Of a stretch of 64,000 nt of DNA, positions 1 through 12,158 are shown in pieces. The stretch spans positions 1,116,001 through 1,180,000 of the forward strand of contig JAPETS010000003.1 in assembly GCA_026023565.1 (NCBI GenBank), read 5' to 3'. Each line of letters starts with the position of its first letter. The first letter of the stretch is position 1. The DNA is from Cirrosporium novae-zelandiae (Eukaryota). A program made the translations under genes and the position numbers. The notes under the pieces were generated by a model. That model had not been told where the DNA came from, ran no database searches, and saw only the letters and a list, made by a program, of their open reading frames with translations.

Positions 1-637
1 CGAATGCGTCGCGCCATTTATAACCAAAGTCCCGGAAACCAGGTTGGCGTTCTAGGAAGAGTGGAGAGTATGGCGAGAATATGATAAAGGGGACAGTCCA
101 GGCGGGGGAATCATTAAAGTTGCGTGAGGAATTCTGGAAGAAGCCGGAAAACCCATCTTCAAAAAACGACCGGAAATGATCATGGTGGTGGAAATGATGA
201 TGCCCAAAAGGAAAGGGAGGGCGTTTACGTTCCTCGGGATCCCTCTCGTACCACTTTTTGACAGGTATTACAGCCTCTTGGTCTTGGTCTTGGCTTCTCT
301 GAGCTCTTGCATGTTGTTCCGAGGAATTACCAACACTTTCAGGTGAATTATAGACATTTCCTAACTGTCGGTTGAAGTCCTCCCAAGGATCCCAATATTT
401 ATCTTGTTCATTTTGCTGTTGATCCTTGGGTTGATCGGGCGAGCGGAGAAAGCGTGAATCGCGAGGGGGAGGAACGAGGGTAGAAGGAAGGCCGACTATA
501 GATTGTAGGAATGAAGATATTTGTTCATCGGCATAACGTCGAAAGGCGATGAAAGGATTATTCTCGTGCTGGGTATTGTTTTGAGTATTGTTTTGAGAGT
601 GGTCGGAGCTACGGTCGGAGCTGTCCGATGGAGCCAT
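1..637 (-). CDS. 5' part of a conserved-looking fungal hypothetical protein, truncated by the window edge
   Basis: ATG at 637 opens a frame running off position 1: MAPSDSSDRSSDHSQNNTQNNTQHENNPFIAFRRYADEQISSFLQSIVGLPS...WTVPFIIFSPYSPLFLERQPGFRDFGYKWRDAF. The NPFxAFRRxADEQ and SPYSPL motifs resemble Pezizomycotina hypothetical proteins (recall). Absent from the ORF track because there is no stop in the window. Confidence 0.65.
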   Translation of the reverse strand, partial: MAPSDSSDRSSDHSQNNTQNNTQHENNPFIAFRRYADEQISSFLQSIVGLPSTLVPPPRDSRFLRSPDQPKDQQQNEQDKYWDPWEDFNRQLGNVYNSPESVGNSSEQHARAQRSQDQDQEAVIPVKKWYERDPEERKRPPFPFGHHHFHHHDHFRSFFEDGFSGFFQNSSRNFNDSPAWTVPFIIFSPYSPLFLERQPGFRDFGYKWRDAF

Positions 638-1053
638 GACCTTATCAAGATGATTATAGGAGCAAGGCTTTGAGGTTGAAAATGAATTGTAGGTGGTGGT
701 TTATTGGGTTATTGGATTATTGGAAAGAAAGAAGGAGAATATATAAAGTAGTAGATGGGATATAGAACAAAGGAGTAGAAAGTAAAGAGGTTAAGAAAGG
801 ACAAGATGGAGCAATTAAATTGAGCTGCCTAGAAGTAGACGAGTGAGATGGGGGAACGCGGGGTGGCACGCCAATTGATTGGATGGCACGTCATACAGTT
901 ATCCGGCCTTGATCGGCTTATCGAGCTATCACTCCATCTACATGTAATTGTATATCTAATATTCTTTCAAACCATTTCTAAATAATGCAATCCCCTGTTG
1001 GCATTGCTGTTTTATTAAAGTCATTGTTATCATCATAATAAATCCATCAAACA

Positions 1054-2131
1054 TCAATTCATCATGGCATTCCAGCTCGTCGGATATTGAACTTCTTTCA
1101 CGCTAACCTTTCCAGTTTTACTTACCGTAAGGATATGGTTTTTTGGAATCAAATCCCATTCCTCCTTTTTATAAGTGGATGGCTCACTAGCAATGATGAC
1201 ATGGTCTCCATGTTCCTCGGTCTTCTTATAAGCATCCGGATTTTCTTCTCCGTTTGGATGATCCGGATACTTGCGATTCAAGGTCACACCAGCGCTCGTA
1301 GACCAATATAGGGACGGTGGTTGCTCGATCGCATGATTCCGGAATCGAATAGCAACGACTTGGGAACCATCAGTCACAGCCACATTCAAGCTATTCGGTT
1401 CAGCCTCCTCGCCCAAGACCTTCTTTTGGATTTTGAGTACGTCAAAGATTGCGGTGCAGAGAGCATCTTCCATCTTGTTAACTGGATATTCTTTTTCCCA
1501 TGAAGTATTTCCCTTCCTATCTGTTAGATGTGATATGTACAATGCAGCAAGATGTTCTGAATCAGTTGCCCCATTGACATTGGCATAGCTGTCGTCATCC
1601 AGCAAGTGTACCATATCTCGTTTAATAGCAGTAAAATCGGAGATGACTCCATTATGCATGATAGCATGTCTCCCAAATACGAACGGATGGTTGTTAACAG
1701 ATATAGTTGCCGTTGACGATGCTGCTCGAATATGGGCAAAACATGCCTTGGTTGTGGTATTTGCACAAATACTTTGGAAATTAGTATCATGCGTTGGAGG
1801 TTGGCTAGTCTTGTAAAGTGCAGGCCTTATGCCATTGCTTTGATTGAACTCGTTTCTAGCCATTGTATACCAGGCGACGCCGAAACCATCGACGTTGAAG
1901 AGACGATTTCGGGCAGAAACCTCGTGTGCTGAGGTTATGTTGCTAGGATCATGGGAGAAGAGTTTAGGAAGGTAGTGGTCATGGACTTGTTTTGTCAGAG
2001 CGTGGGTCGGATTGATTAAGACATCTTCTAGGAGGCATTCCTCGGTATCGGAGACGTAGACGAACCACCTAGGGATATGTGTTGAGCTGAAGAATAGGAT
2101 TGCACTTGGAGTAGAAGACTTACCGACACAT
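1054..2131 (-). CDS. DUG3: Class II glutamine amidotransferase (Ntn hydrolase), DUG3/EgtC-like
   Basis: Exon 1 ATGTGTCG (2131-2124), intron GTAAGT..TAG (2123-2069), then MCRWFVYVSDTEECLLEDVLINPTHAL..NVDGFGVAWY joins ORF 1054..1863. Motifs: N-terminal Cys2 nucleophile, AHIRAAS, NNHPF, MHNG, GATDSEH, IIASEP. Confidence 0.85.
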
Positions 2132-2408
2132 GTTTGATCTTTTGAAAGAATTATTTACCTAGGTACCTACTAATTGACAGATTAAAGTAGAGAATGATAA
2201 CCAGGGCCAGGTAGAGTAATTACCTAGGTAGATAGTACTCAAACGAAGCTTTGGGCCAATTCGATGCCTCAGGTCACAAAACCTTATCCCACTCCAATCA
2301 ACGTCATTGACTCATCTCCAACATCTCCAACAACAAATATGATAAACATTATCTAATAAAATATATAAATTATCCCCCAACCTCTTCTTGAATACCCTTC
2401 CAGCAGCT

Positions 2409-3593
2409 ATGAAATTTAAAAGTGGTCTTTACATGTACCTCCCCCCGGAAATAATTTTGCATGTTCTCGATTTCCTACGAGCCGACCGTGAGAATAGCGA
2501 CTATCAAGTGGACATATATTCCTGTTGTCTGGTATCTAGAGATTGGTACAATGCCTCGGTCGAACATCTCTATCCCGAACCTTGGGTAGCTGGACATAGA
2601 TTCGAAAAGTTTGCGAAGACAATAACAGATTCTCGAAAAAGCGATTTTGCAAAGCTTGTAAAGTGCTTGGATCTTTCGATGCTAGTACACGAAAGTAATG
2701 CTAGTAAGACTGCTAGACTTATAGGGAGACTCAAAGACAATCTTGAAATATTCGTTGCTCCTCGCTTTTCATTTGGTACTGCTAGTTTACCGGCGCTTTC
2801 CAAATGTTCTCGATTATGGGATCTTGACCTATCCGAGTACAGGCCTAAGAGTTCTGCCAACTACAAGGCAATTTTTGAGCATACGAAAAATCTACAATCC
2901 TTGACCCACTTACAGCTTCCACCTTTCCAGTTTCTAGAAACTTTTGATTTCCCACTTCCTCCGAAGCTACAGGAACTCACTATCTCACTACCTGAAATAT
3001 GGTGCTCCTTTGATCAACAAAAATACTCTATCCCAACAAGTCTTTCTAAAGTCACATTAAGGAAATGCTCAGGAAATGTAGTCAAAACTTTCCTGAAGCA
3101 TGTGAGTGTCTTCAACCGACTAACTCGACTTGCAATTATATATGCAACAGATGATGGATGGGCAGCCCCCTTGAGTTACATATTGACATCTGCCCCGGAT
3201 CTTCGGTTTCTAAGAATTGACCCCTCATATATTCAATATTTCCTTCCCCCCTATGACGATCTCGTCCATCCTCTAGAAGTGTTACAGCTGGAGAAGGACA
3301 CATCAATGCCTCCAATGTTCGGACCCTATGATATACTCAACGCCGCACGACAGAAATCACTGGGAAATCTAAGGCTCATCAAGTTACGGAAAAGTCTGCG
3401 TCAAGCGTGGGCGAGAAATTTCTCAGACAACCTTGAAGTACCCGACCAACCGGTTGAACATCCACTAGTTCAAAATATTCTCGATAGCTTAGATCGACTT
3501 CTGATCAATAATGCAAGAGCACGAGCCCAGGATTCCGAGGTTGAAGACTTGGACAACCTCAACCTAAATGCAGGTGTACGCATCATTCCATGA
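2409..3593 (+). CDS. F-box / leucine-rich-repeat-like protein
   Basis: YLPPEIILHVLDFL...CCLVSRDWYNAS..LY is an F-box signature followed by LxxLxL repeats. First ATG is at 2409; the ORF track starts at TTG 2388. Confidence 0.8.
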   Translation: MKFKSGLYMYLPPEIILHVLDFLRADRENSDYQVDIYSCCLVSRDWYNASVEHLYPEPWVAGHRFEKFAKTITDSRKSDFAKLVKCLDLSMLVHESNASKTARLIGRLKDNLEIFVAPRFSFGTASLPALSKCSRLWDLDLSEYRPKSSANYKAIFEHTKNLQSLTHLQLPPFQFLETFDFPLPPKLQELTISLPEIWCSFDQQKYSIPTSLSKVTLRKCSGNVVKTFLKHVSVFNRLTRLAIIYATDDGWAAPLSYILTSAPDLRFLRIDPSYIQYFLPPYDDLVHPLEVLQLEKDTSMPPMFGPYDILNAARQKSLGNLRLIKLRKSLRQAWARNFSDNLEVPDQPVEHPLVQNILDSLDRLLINNARARAQDSEVEDLDNLNLNAGVRIIP

Positions 3594-4319
3594 CGAAGTA
3601 GCACCATTTACCAATAAAACTTGTCGACTAAACTACGAGTTGATATGGCACTAGCAGAAACAACCTAGAAGACTGGTCCATGGCGCAATTTCAGATGAGA
3701 GAATAGCTAATATTTCGGATATAGATTTTGGTTGCTCATCCTGTTTGAAGGTGTCCTTAACACAAATAACGCATGTAGACTTGTGCCTAGCGACTAAATA
3801 ACTTTTATCATGGCGATATTACTAGAAAAGTATTAAGCGCTGAGAAATGAGATTTTGAACTAAAGATCATATACAAGACCCCTTTCCTTCAATCCTTGCA
3901 TAATCCAGCTAACGCATCCCCAAAGCTACCATTCACAAATTGAAAAGCGTATGTGTCGCTTCATACCCATGACCTACTTTTAAGGCTCTGTTTGAACCTG
4001 GATTTCTCAGTTTCCAGAACCTCACAATAAGAGATCCTCGACGGAAACTTACAAAAGAAATTTCCACACACCAGCCTCGCTTCGGTGGTTGGAATTCAGC
4101 TAAAGCAACAGAGATGAAGGATGAAGCTAAAGATGAGTTCGAGAAAATATAGACGGATAGAATTAGGTACGGAGAGACAGTGGGCCAGAACCAAAGAACT
4201 TTGGAATAAAGACTTTTCAATTGCAACAAGGGGAGATCAGAACACAAAAAAGCTTTTTTTTAAGAGCAGAGAAAAGTCATTGTCACCAATGCATCTGTTT
4301 TGGTTTCGTGTTGCCATCC

Positions 4320-5864
4320 TCACGCTGCTCTCCACTCATAATGATGAGCACCCTTGGAAGGCTTCCCCGGATCTTCACCACGAACATTCGGCCTGTCATA
4401 CGCATGGGCTCCGAAAAAGTCCATTTCCGCCTCCATGAATTGTGTCGGCAGCATCGTTCCACCCTCATACTTGATATACTCCAGCGAGGCTGAAAGGCTA
4501 GGCACATAAGCATCCCACTCCACGGCTTTGAGTATGACATTCCTGAGTGCCGGGAAATTCTCGTGAAGCGCCGAGGCTACTTCGTCGATCAGCTTCAGGT
4601 TCATGATCTGGGCGTCGGACTCGAACACGGGTTCCAGCATGTTTGCAATGTAGTCTTCTTGGATGATGCATCCGGCTCGCCAGATCTTGATGCATGTGGC
4701 GAGGTTGATGCCCCATCCTTCGTCTACGGATGCGCGGGCAATGAGCTCCATTCCTTGGCAGAAAGAGCACAGGATGGATACGTATACAGCCTTTCTCAGA
4801 TCCTCGATGAATTTATCCTTGTTCTCGATGGTGACCGCCTTGGGCTTAGGTGTGTCGAGCTTCTCTGCGACCCGCAAGCGTTGGTTTCGATTCCCACTTG
4901 CAACACGTAGGAAATGTCCTGTTGCAATTGTTGGGGCAGAGACATGCCTCCTCGCGGCTTCCATGACCGTCCAGTAGAGTGTGCCCTCGGAGCCGTTGTC
5001 ATCCTGGACAACCTTATCAAGGATATCATCGAGAACATATCCATTCTGTCCAACGCCTTCGCCGTTCTCGTCCCCCTTGCGCGTTTTCCTCCTGTGACAA
5101 ATTTCAGAACCAATCTGGATAAGATAAGTATCCTTGAGTTCGCCTTCAGCATTCCACTTCTCGAATATGCTCCCAATGTCATCATTCGATAAACCCAGCG
5201 ACTTGTGGAGCAAACTCCACGCCTCGCAAATTGTAGACAGCATCCCATTTTCAATCCCATTATGCACCATCTTGACGAAATGACCCGAGCCCCTCGGCCC
5301 AACATTAGCAACACACGGCTTCCCGGTACCCTCAGCCTTAGCAGCAAACTTCTCCAACAACGGCAACACCATCTCAACAGCCTTTCGTTCCCCACCAGGC
5401 GACATGCTCGGCCCCCTCCTAGCAGACTGATAACCTCCAGACACGCCCATACCAATCCACCCCACCCCCCTCAACTCCAGCTCCTTCTGCCTCCTCTCCG
5501 TATTCCTATAATCCTCATTCCCGCCATCCAGAACCACATCCCCATCCCTCAACCCGCCCTTAATCTTCTCCAACACCTCATCCACCGGCTTCCCGTGCGT
5601 AATACTAAAAATAAACAGCTTTCGGTCGCAGACACCTAGGCTGCGAACGAACTTGTGGATGTCATGGAAGCCGTCAATCTTGCCCTGGAGCCCTCCTTTT
5701 TGGAGGCCTTTGCACATGGAGAGCGCGTTGTCGACGTTGGAGGGGATTACATCCCAGAGGGAGACGTCGAGACCTTGCTCCGAGAATCTAAAGGCCATCA
5801 TCGCGCCCATGTTTCCGGCACCCACGATGCCGATACATTTGAAGTGTTGGCGCGTGTCCGCCAT
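4320..5864 (-). CDS. 6-phosphogluconate dehydrogenase (decarboxylating), divergent paralog
   Basis: Intronless 514-aa ORF with GIVGAGNMG Rossmann motif, LDGGNE, GMGVSGG, GHFVKMVHNGIE, IWRAGCII and DFFGAH. Confidence 0.92.
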   Translation of the reverse strand: MADTRQHFKCIGIVGAGNMGAMMAFRFSEQGLDVSLWDVIPSNVDNALSMCKGLQKGGLQGKIDGFHDIHKFVRSLGVCDRKLFIFSITHGKPVDEVLEKIKGGLRDGDVVLDGGNEDYRNTERRQKELELRGVGWIGMGVSGGYQSARRGPSMSPGGERKAVEMVLPLLEKFAAKAEGTGKPCVANVGPRGSGHFVKMVHNGIENGMLSTICEAWSLLHKSLGLSNDDIGSIFEKWNAEGELKDTYLIQIGSEICHRRKTRKGDENGEGVGQNGYVLDDILDKVVQDDNGSEGTLYWTVMEAARRHVSAPTIATGHFLRVASGNRNQRLRVAEKLDTPKPKAVTIENKDKFIEDLRKAVYVSILCSFCQGMELIARASVDEGWGINLATCIKIWRAGCIIQEDYIANMLEPVFESDAQIMNLKLIDEVASALHENFPALRNVILKAVEWDAYVPSLSASLEYIKYEGGTMLPTQFMEAEMDFFGAHAYDRPNVRGEDPGKPSKGAHHYEWRAA

Positions 5865-7033
5865 TTCGGGAGGTTTGGTTTGGTTTGGAGATCGGTTTTG
5901 TCACAGAGACTATTGGATTATGAAGACTCGTGTACCCAGAGCTATAAGATTCAAGGATAACAATGTAACAAAATAAATAACCCTAGTCCTTTCGAGTCTT
6001 TGTGTGATGATGAGGGGGTTTCCAATTTACGATATCTGGTTGACCTATTATTCTCGGGTTAGAATCAAACAAAGTGAAGCAATTTACCTCCAAAAAATGG
6101 CTTCTCTGAAGAATACTTGTGATCTAGAGGGAATCAACAAGATACTGTAAAAATGAAAAACCAAGGTTGTAAATATACGTTTACCCCTCTAAACTTTAGA
6201 AATGATATCTATTGAGGGGCAGCTCTTTTCTAGGGGGCGGGGGGAAGGGTTCATTGACAACAAAGCTACGTCATATCGTCATATCTATCAGTTGAGAACC
6301 ATGTATGAATACAGTATGTGGCTATATTCAACTATCTATCATATGCTGCTCATTGTCGTCGTCGTCACTATCATCCCCTTCTAATTAAATCAAATCAAAC
6401 TACAAAATTACTCCTCCATCATATCGCACATACCGCGTATTATAATACCATCCCACATCATCCTTCTCCTTATACAACCTCCTTCCCTCTCCCGCATCCA
6501 ACCACGCCGTCCCCTTCGTCTTCCCCATCACGAACAGGATATCCAAAACGCCTTGCGGGATAAAAAAACACATCACAAAGGCCCAGCAGCACCTCATGTC
6601 CAAGCAATGACAACGAAGTAACACGAGATTGCTCGAACCGAATCATTTTTGGATGATTATACATTAAATAAACGGAAAAAATCGGCCGTCGATATATATA
6701 TATAAGTTTGTCTATTTGTAGCATTGCATGATTCTGTAGTATTTTTTCGTCTGCCTGCAGATTTTTTTTATATCTACTGCTTTGAACAAACTCCTAACAT
6801 CCTCAATCCCATTCGCTGAAGTGGGGTATTTTTCTTTTCCCGAGAGCGAGCCGTCTCGGAACTGTCATCTCTACCTGTATAGATATCTTCTGTATAATAC
6901 CTTTCTTTTTTTTTACCGCAGAAGTCTTCCACATGTCAAAAACGGACCTTTAATAGTCTCCCAAGTTTCATCATCATCGCATAAGTCATAGCCATAGCCA
7001 TAGTCTCTGGGAGTTTACCCGATCCTTTTTCTG

Positions 7034-10000
7034 TTATCCCCGGAGATTACCATCGTTTATCATACGCCGCGCTTCGGCTGAAGGAACTCCTATAATATTG
7101 ACAAGGTAATCCACACTGCAAATGGTAAGCTCAATTCTCAACTTGCTACGAGCACTGGTACTGGTGCTTTGCCAAAACGCATCCGAGGATTCTGTATGTG
7201 GAACAATATAGCCGATACAGTACCAGGAAAGAAAAAGAAGAAAAAAAACAAGCAAAAGACCTTCCTTACCTTGCCTCGACGGCCATCCTCTTTTTCATTT
7301 CCAAAAGTCGTCTTTCACAATCATCCCAGGCCACAATACGGTGCTTTGGCGAAATACGTTTTATGCGCATTTTGAAAGCACCGCTAACTGGCCGGTGATC
7401 AGACACACGAACCGACTCGTGCCGGCGATAGTCAATCTGCTTTACTCGCCCGACACCACGATAGAGTATCCTATCGCACCATGCAGGTGACCGTCGCTTT
7501 TCACTCGAGTCATAGTTATCCGTACCTACATCATATTTGTATGTGGGAGCAAAGGTGATTCGCGCTTCGTTGAAGGCTCTCAATCGAAACGCCGGGTTGC
7601 GCTTTTTTGACAGAAGGAGTTGATCTCTCTCTAGAAGTTTCTCGAGATTTCTTTCTTTGACGGCTCGTATTACTGTATCCCGACTCATGGTATCGATACG
7701 ATAATTTAAGTCGCCATTCAGGATGCAGATTTCATGGTCCATAACCATGGTGCCATCCCCCCCGCCCACAAGGCGGTCAATCCGGACGCCCAAATCTCTT
7801 TCTACTGGGAAAGCATCGGCTTCAAGTATTGCCGCTATGTCGTTATTGCGATGTACTGTTTGTGTTTGACCCGCAGCCAGGTGACAGTTGACCAGGCAAA
7901 CAGAGGTGTCGTCAATGCAAAAACGGAACATTAATGCTCCTTTGTTCCCATGCATACCACCTAGTCCTCGTTTGATTTCTGTCGCATTAATATAGTGTAC
8001 ATTTTGCCGCTCTGAGGCTTTCACGAAAATGCAATAGAAGAGGCCAACGAGATTTGCAGTGTGTAATATAGAATATGATTCTGATGATGGCATGCAATTC
8101 TCGAGAGCTCGAGTAAGATAGTCTCTCCATCGTCGATACTGTCGACTCATATGTTCTTTTTCAGAGGCATCTCTCTTTTTTGCATTCTTGAAAAGAGACT
8201 TGGCTGTCATTTTTTTATCCTCGAGATCTACCAACTCTTGGAATCCAAAAATTAATATGTCGGGGGCTTCGCGGTCTTGGAAAATGTCTTCGAAAAAATT
8301 AATGTCCTTCTCGCCGTGCTGTAAATCAGAGGGGGTTGAAGCTCCAGCGTTCCAGGTTACCACAAGAGCACTTAATTCTCGAAAGCTACAGTAGTCAACG
8401 TCATGAGCTTGCATCTCAGTTTCTGCGATCTTGTTAGTAATGTATCCCGAGCTGGTAATTAATATAACATTACCCAGCCAGTCATCTTCAAGTAGTCCAT
8501 CCCATAACCGCACAGTATTGTCTCCTCCAAGGGATGCCACCTGAAGCCGGTTCAATCGCCACACACTACCGTGGTCTGCCACCAGCCCTGCAACCGGTCC
8601 AGTATGCGCTTGCCAGTCTTTCTTCACTTTCCATGGGCTTTGGTTGATGTCATAAACGTAGATCATGCCGGTGTTGAATGCTGCCCAGAGATAATCCCCA
8701 ACATCAGCAAGTGAGTTGATTTTATAAGCGCTGATATTGACGATCCCTAGACAAGCGTAATCGCTGGTATTATAGATGGTAACCTTCCCATCCGTATGTC
8801 CAAAATATACTCGACTGTGATCGCGACCAAAGACAGTACCGGAGGTTACTTCACCAACATTTGGCTGTATCAAAGGCCTCTCAAGGACCTGAAATCCCAC
8901 GGTCGATTTGCTGCCCGGAAAAAATATTCGAATATCTTTTCCATAAGCAACCCAAAGCTGATCACCAACCAGTAGAGAAAAGGATGGGTTCTTGGGAATT
9001 CGGAAACGTAAAGGGCTATACTGGAGATCCGGAACTCCTGTTTCATCAGAAGGCCACACTAAAAGCCCCCCATCTTCATCCAGTGACCACATTTCCTTCT
9101 TGTGCCTAAAGATTTTTACAATATCCTTATGAGCATGTACACTAGTTTTTGTATCAACAACACCCCCAGAAATAATGTCAACCTCTAAAAGCTCTCCGCC
9201 ATTCGACCCAAGCCACAAACGCTTGCCTTCATCGTCTGGCTTTGCGGCAGGTTTGAAACCTAAAGATGTCATTTTTGTCATTTCAGGATGATTAAAGTTC
9301 AACAACACCTCCCCCGTCAATATGTTCCACACTTTCGTGATGAAACCGGTGGTACAAGCGTACTGACCACAGATATCAAATAATCTTGTATCGTACATGG
9401 TCTGAATGTTTCTTGAACCTGCACGAAAATATGGGGGCCGACGATTGGTTTGAGATGAGTCAGGATATTCCCCTCGTCCTGACACCCCTATGGGCATGCT
9501 AGTATTTATAGGGGTATCCTGAGACAGTCCTGCATGACTAGTGCGTTTTGGCGGGGGAGGTGCCACATTATTTGACTTGTTATCAGGTCTGAGACTTGGC
9601 TGGGTAGAATTAGGAGCCTGCTTCGGCATCGATCTGCTGGGCTGAGCAAAGCTGTGTCGTTTAGGTGGAGGTTGAAATCTTGCATCAGCATCGGCAACCA
9701 CGGAGACCATCGGGTTTGAAGCTTTCATAGGCTCAGCCTGCCCCTGGGGTGGTAGAGGGGAATGCCCGTTTTGCTTGATACTGCTTGAGGATATCTTTGG
9801 AGTTACGCGTCGATAGTCCATTGATTCTCGACGCGACGGTAAACCAGGCCTATCCAGACCAACATTTTCAATCCCTTGGGTCGATCCGGGAAAGTCGAAA
9901 TCTCTTGCATCCATGGGACGAGAGGAAAGCCGTGAAGGCGATATCCGTCCTTGACTATTCCCTGCCCCTTTTGATGGTTGGATAAGTGGCGGGGAATCTC

Positions 10001-11073
10001 GCAGATTCCTAGTAGAACCAATCCACCGATTTTGGACAATTGGCGAAGAACGTTCCGGGGATGGACAACCATCGCTGCCAGGGGGCGTACTAAATGGTGA
10101 CACTTTGTTATCCTCTATAGGTTGGGTCTTCGGAGTAAGAGTCAAACGATCAAGCCCATTTGTGGTTGCTGTGTTCTTTGCAGGGATTTTTGGCTTATCG
10201 GCTCGATTGACCGGGGGCGGCGTGGAGATTCGCTTCTGGATGTTCTTATGATTGAGTCTGAATCTTGAGACGGGACCTCCACGACCATCCAGACTAGGTC
10301 TGGAAGTGTCTATACTAGGTCTGAAGGTATCCATGCTAGGCCTAGAAGCATCCATACCAGATCTTGTGATATCCATACTGGGCCTTGGGGAATCCATACC
10401 GTGCCTTGTAGCGTCCATGCTGGGTCTCGCAACCTCTATACTTGGTCTTGGAGCTACTTTTGACGACTCAGAGTCTCGAACCGGGGTTCCTGGGCGACTA
10501 AGGGTTTTAGACCGTTGAGGCGGTAGCCGAGGTGGTATTGACAGGCCATTTGCGGGAACTCTCCTGTTGGAATCCCCTTGTGAGGAAGAGTCATTGAACG
10601 TATTTCGAGGCGGAGATTGAGGAGCATCTACCATCAGCCTCGGGGGAGACTGTGAATGAGCAGGTGACCATGGACCCATCGAGACAGGTCTTGATCTCGC
10701 AAACGAGGAGCGGGCTCTTGGTAACGTATGGCCTGGAGTGTGGAGCCCTCCTGTATTTCCCCCGCAAGAAAAGGAGTTCGAATTATCAACAGGCGTTCCA
10801 TGGCGCGGGATATCAAATGATCGTCGTTCGAATGATCTATCCTCCGTCTCATTTGGAGCTGCCGTTAGAGTAGGAGCAAGCCTTGTAGAATCTCGAGCCC
10901 CAGCAACTTTGTCAGACTTTCCCTTGCGTGCACCAAGATTCTCGAAATGAGAAAGTAACGACGAAACCGGTTTCTAGTTCTAGCTTTTAGTATTCTATCA
11001 ATCATAGAACAATCCCTGGGCATCCACTCACTATTGACGATTCGTCCGCACTGTCTTTCCCGGAGGTTTCCAT
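7034..11073 (-). CDS. Inositol polyphosphate 5-phosphatase with Pro/Ser-rich N-terminus and WD40-like region
   Basis: Exon 1 11073-11032 (METSGKDSADESSI), intron 11031-10974, KPVSSLLSHFENL into ORF 7266..10679, intron 8473-8423, last intron from 7269, final exon SVDYLVNIIG..LRG*. Catalytic motifs VTWNAG, FGFQE, VNCHLAAG, NGDLNYRI, PTYKYD, PAWCDRILY, SDHRPV. Confidence 0.9.
10281..10448 (-). repeat. Eight tandem 7-codon (21-bp) repeats, consensus R-P-S-M-D-x-x, within the inositol 5-phosphatase
   Basis: RPSIEVA RPSMDAT RHGMDSP RPSMDIT RSGMDAS RPSMDTF RPSIDTS RPSLDGR, read directly from the translation. Confidence 0.85.
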
Positions 11074-12158
11074 TACAGCATCACAGTAATTTTGATAATC
11101 TTTCTAAATTATGGAATTGTGAATTTGTAGATATGAGAATGAAGTAATTTGTGGTAGTGCTTTGGTACAGGTTGGCTTAACTCAAAGTGATTGAATGGGC
11201 TTAATGCCAAAATACCGGTCAACAATTATCGATGGCGTTGAGCTCGAAAAGCTAGTATATGATGAAAGGTCATGTGCTCCCTAGCTTCGAGGTATTTGCA
11301 AGGCTGAGGAGAATATGTAACAGGGCAGACAGGGTCTGAGTCGTCGGAGTGGATAATGTTATTTTGTGAACGTTGGTAGCTGTACAAGAGCTGTGTGAGA
11401 GTCACAGAGTGGATGGGGGGGGGGGGAACCAGGCGATTAGAGAATGAAGGATCCCACATAAAACGAAGGCAAATGAGAAAGATTGTACGAGGATACTTAT
11501 TAAAATAGGTAAGGATTTGGGGGGAGCGGCCTTCGAATAAAATGGGGGTATTGATTTTCGGGTAGAGAGCTCGGAATGATGCAGGTGTAGTTGGAGCATA
11601 GACCTAGGGAAGACGAAAGAAGGTTATTAGTTGATGAGTTCACAGAACGTGGGACATGTAATTATACTATTAACTTACCTTTTCCAAAGTTTGAGTATTT
11701 TCGCCTGGACCTCGGAGATATACTGAGTAGAAAGGAAGGGGGATGGATGGTAGGGACAGTTTTTGAAGGGTAGGGGAATACTTTGATGTTGTTTTTGGTT
11801 GACGAACCAGGCAAAGGTTGGCCTCAAAGTTGAGGGGGTCCACTAAATGCTGGTGAATGTCAAACAACTTCTCCACGGTGACGAAGGTATGTCTACCTTA
11901 TTGTACCAAGCTAAGCTACAAGCCAGTTGTAAAGCCTTATCTTCACGAATTAATTATTCATCCCTAAAACACTGCCCCTTTAAAAGGTTGATCTGCAAGG
12001 GGCCCAACCACTTTCCAACTCAATCAATTAAACTAAAAAGGCACCTAGGAACTTCTTTAATTCCAACCCAACTAATACCAACTAATAGTCTACTCAACCT
12101 TCAATCCATCAGCTTTTATCGTTTGATATCTCCCCTCCCCCCCCCCAAGTCTATCAAT

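Noticed and set aside
4283..5976. Many overlapping alternative-frame and antisense ORFs (up to 219 aa) across the 6PGD gene
   Set aside because: Shadow ORFs from GC-rich biased codon usage; no recognisable motifs.
6200..7000. Short ORFs between the 6PGD and inositol phosphatase genes
   Set aside because: Low-complexity UTR/promoter-like sequence; no spliceable conserved protein found.
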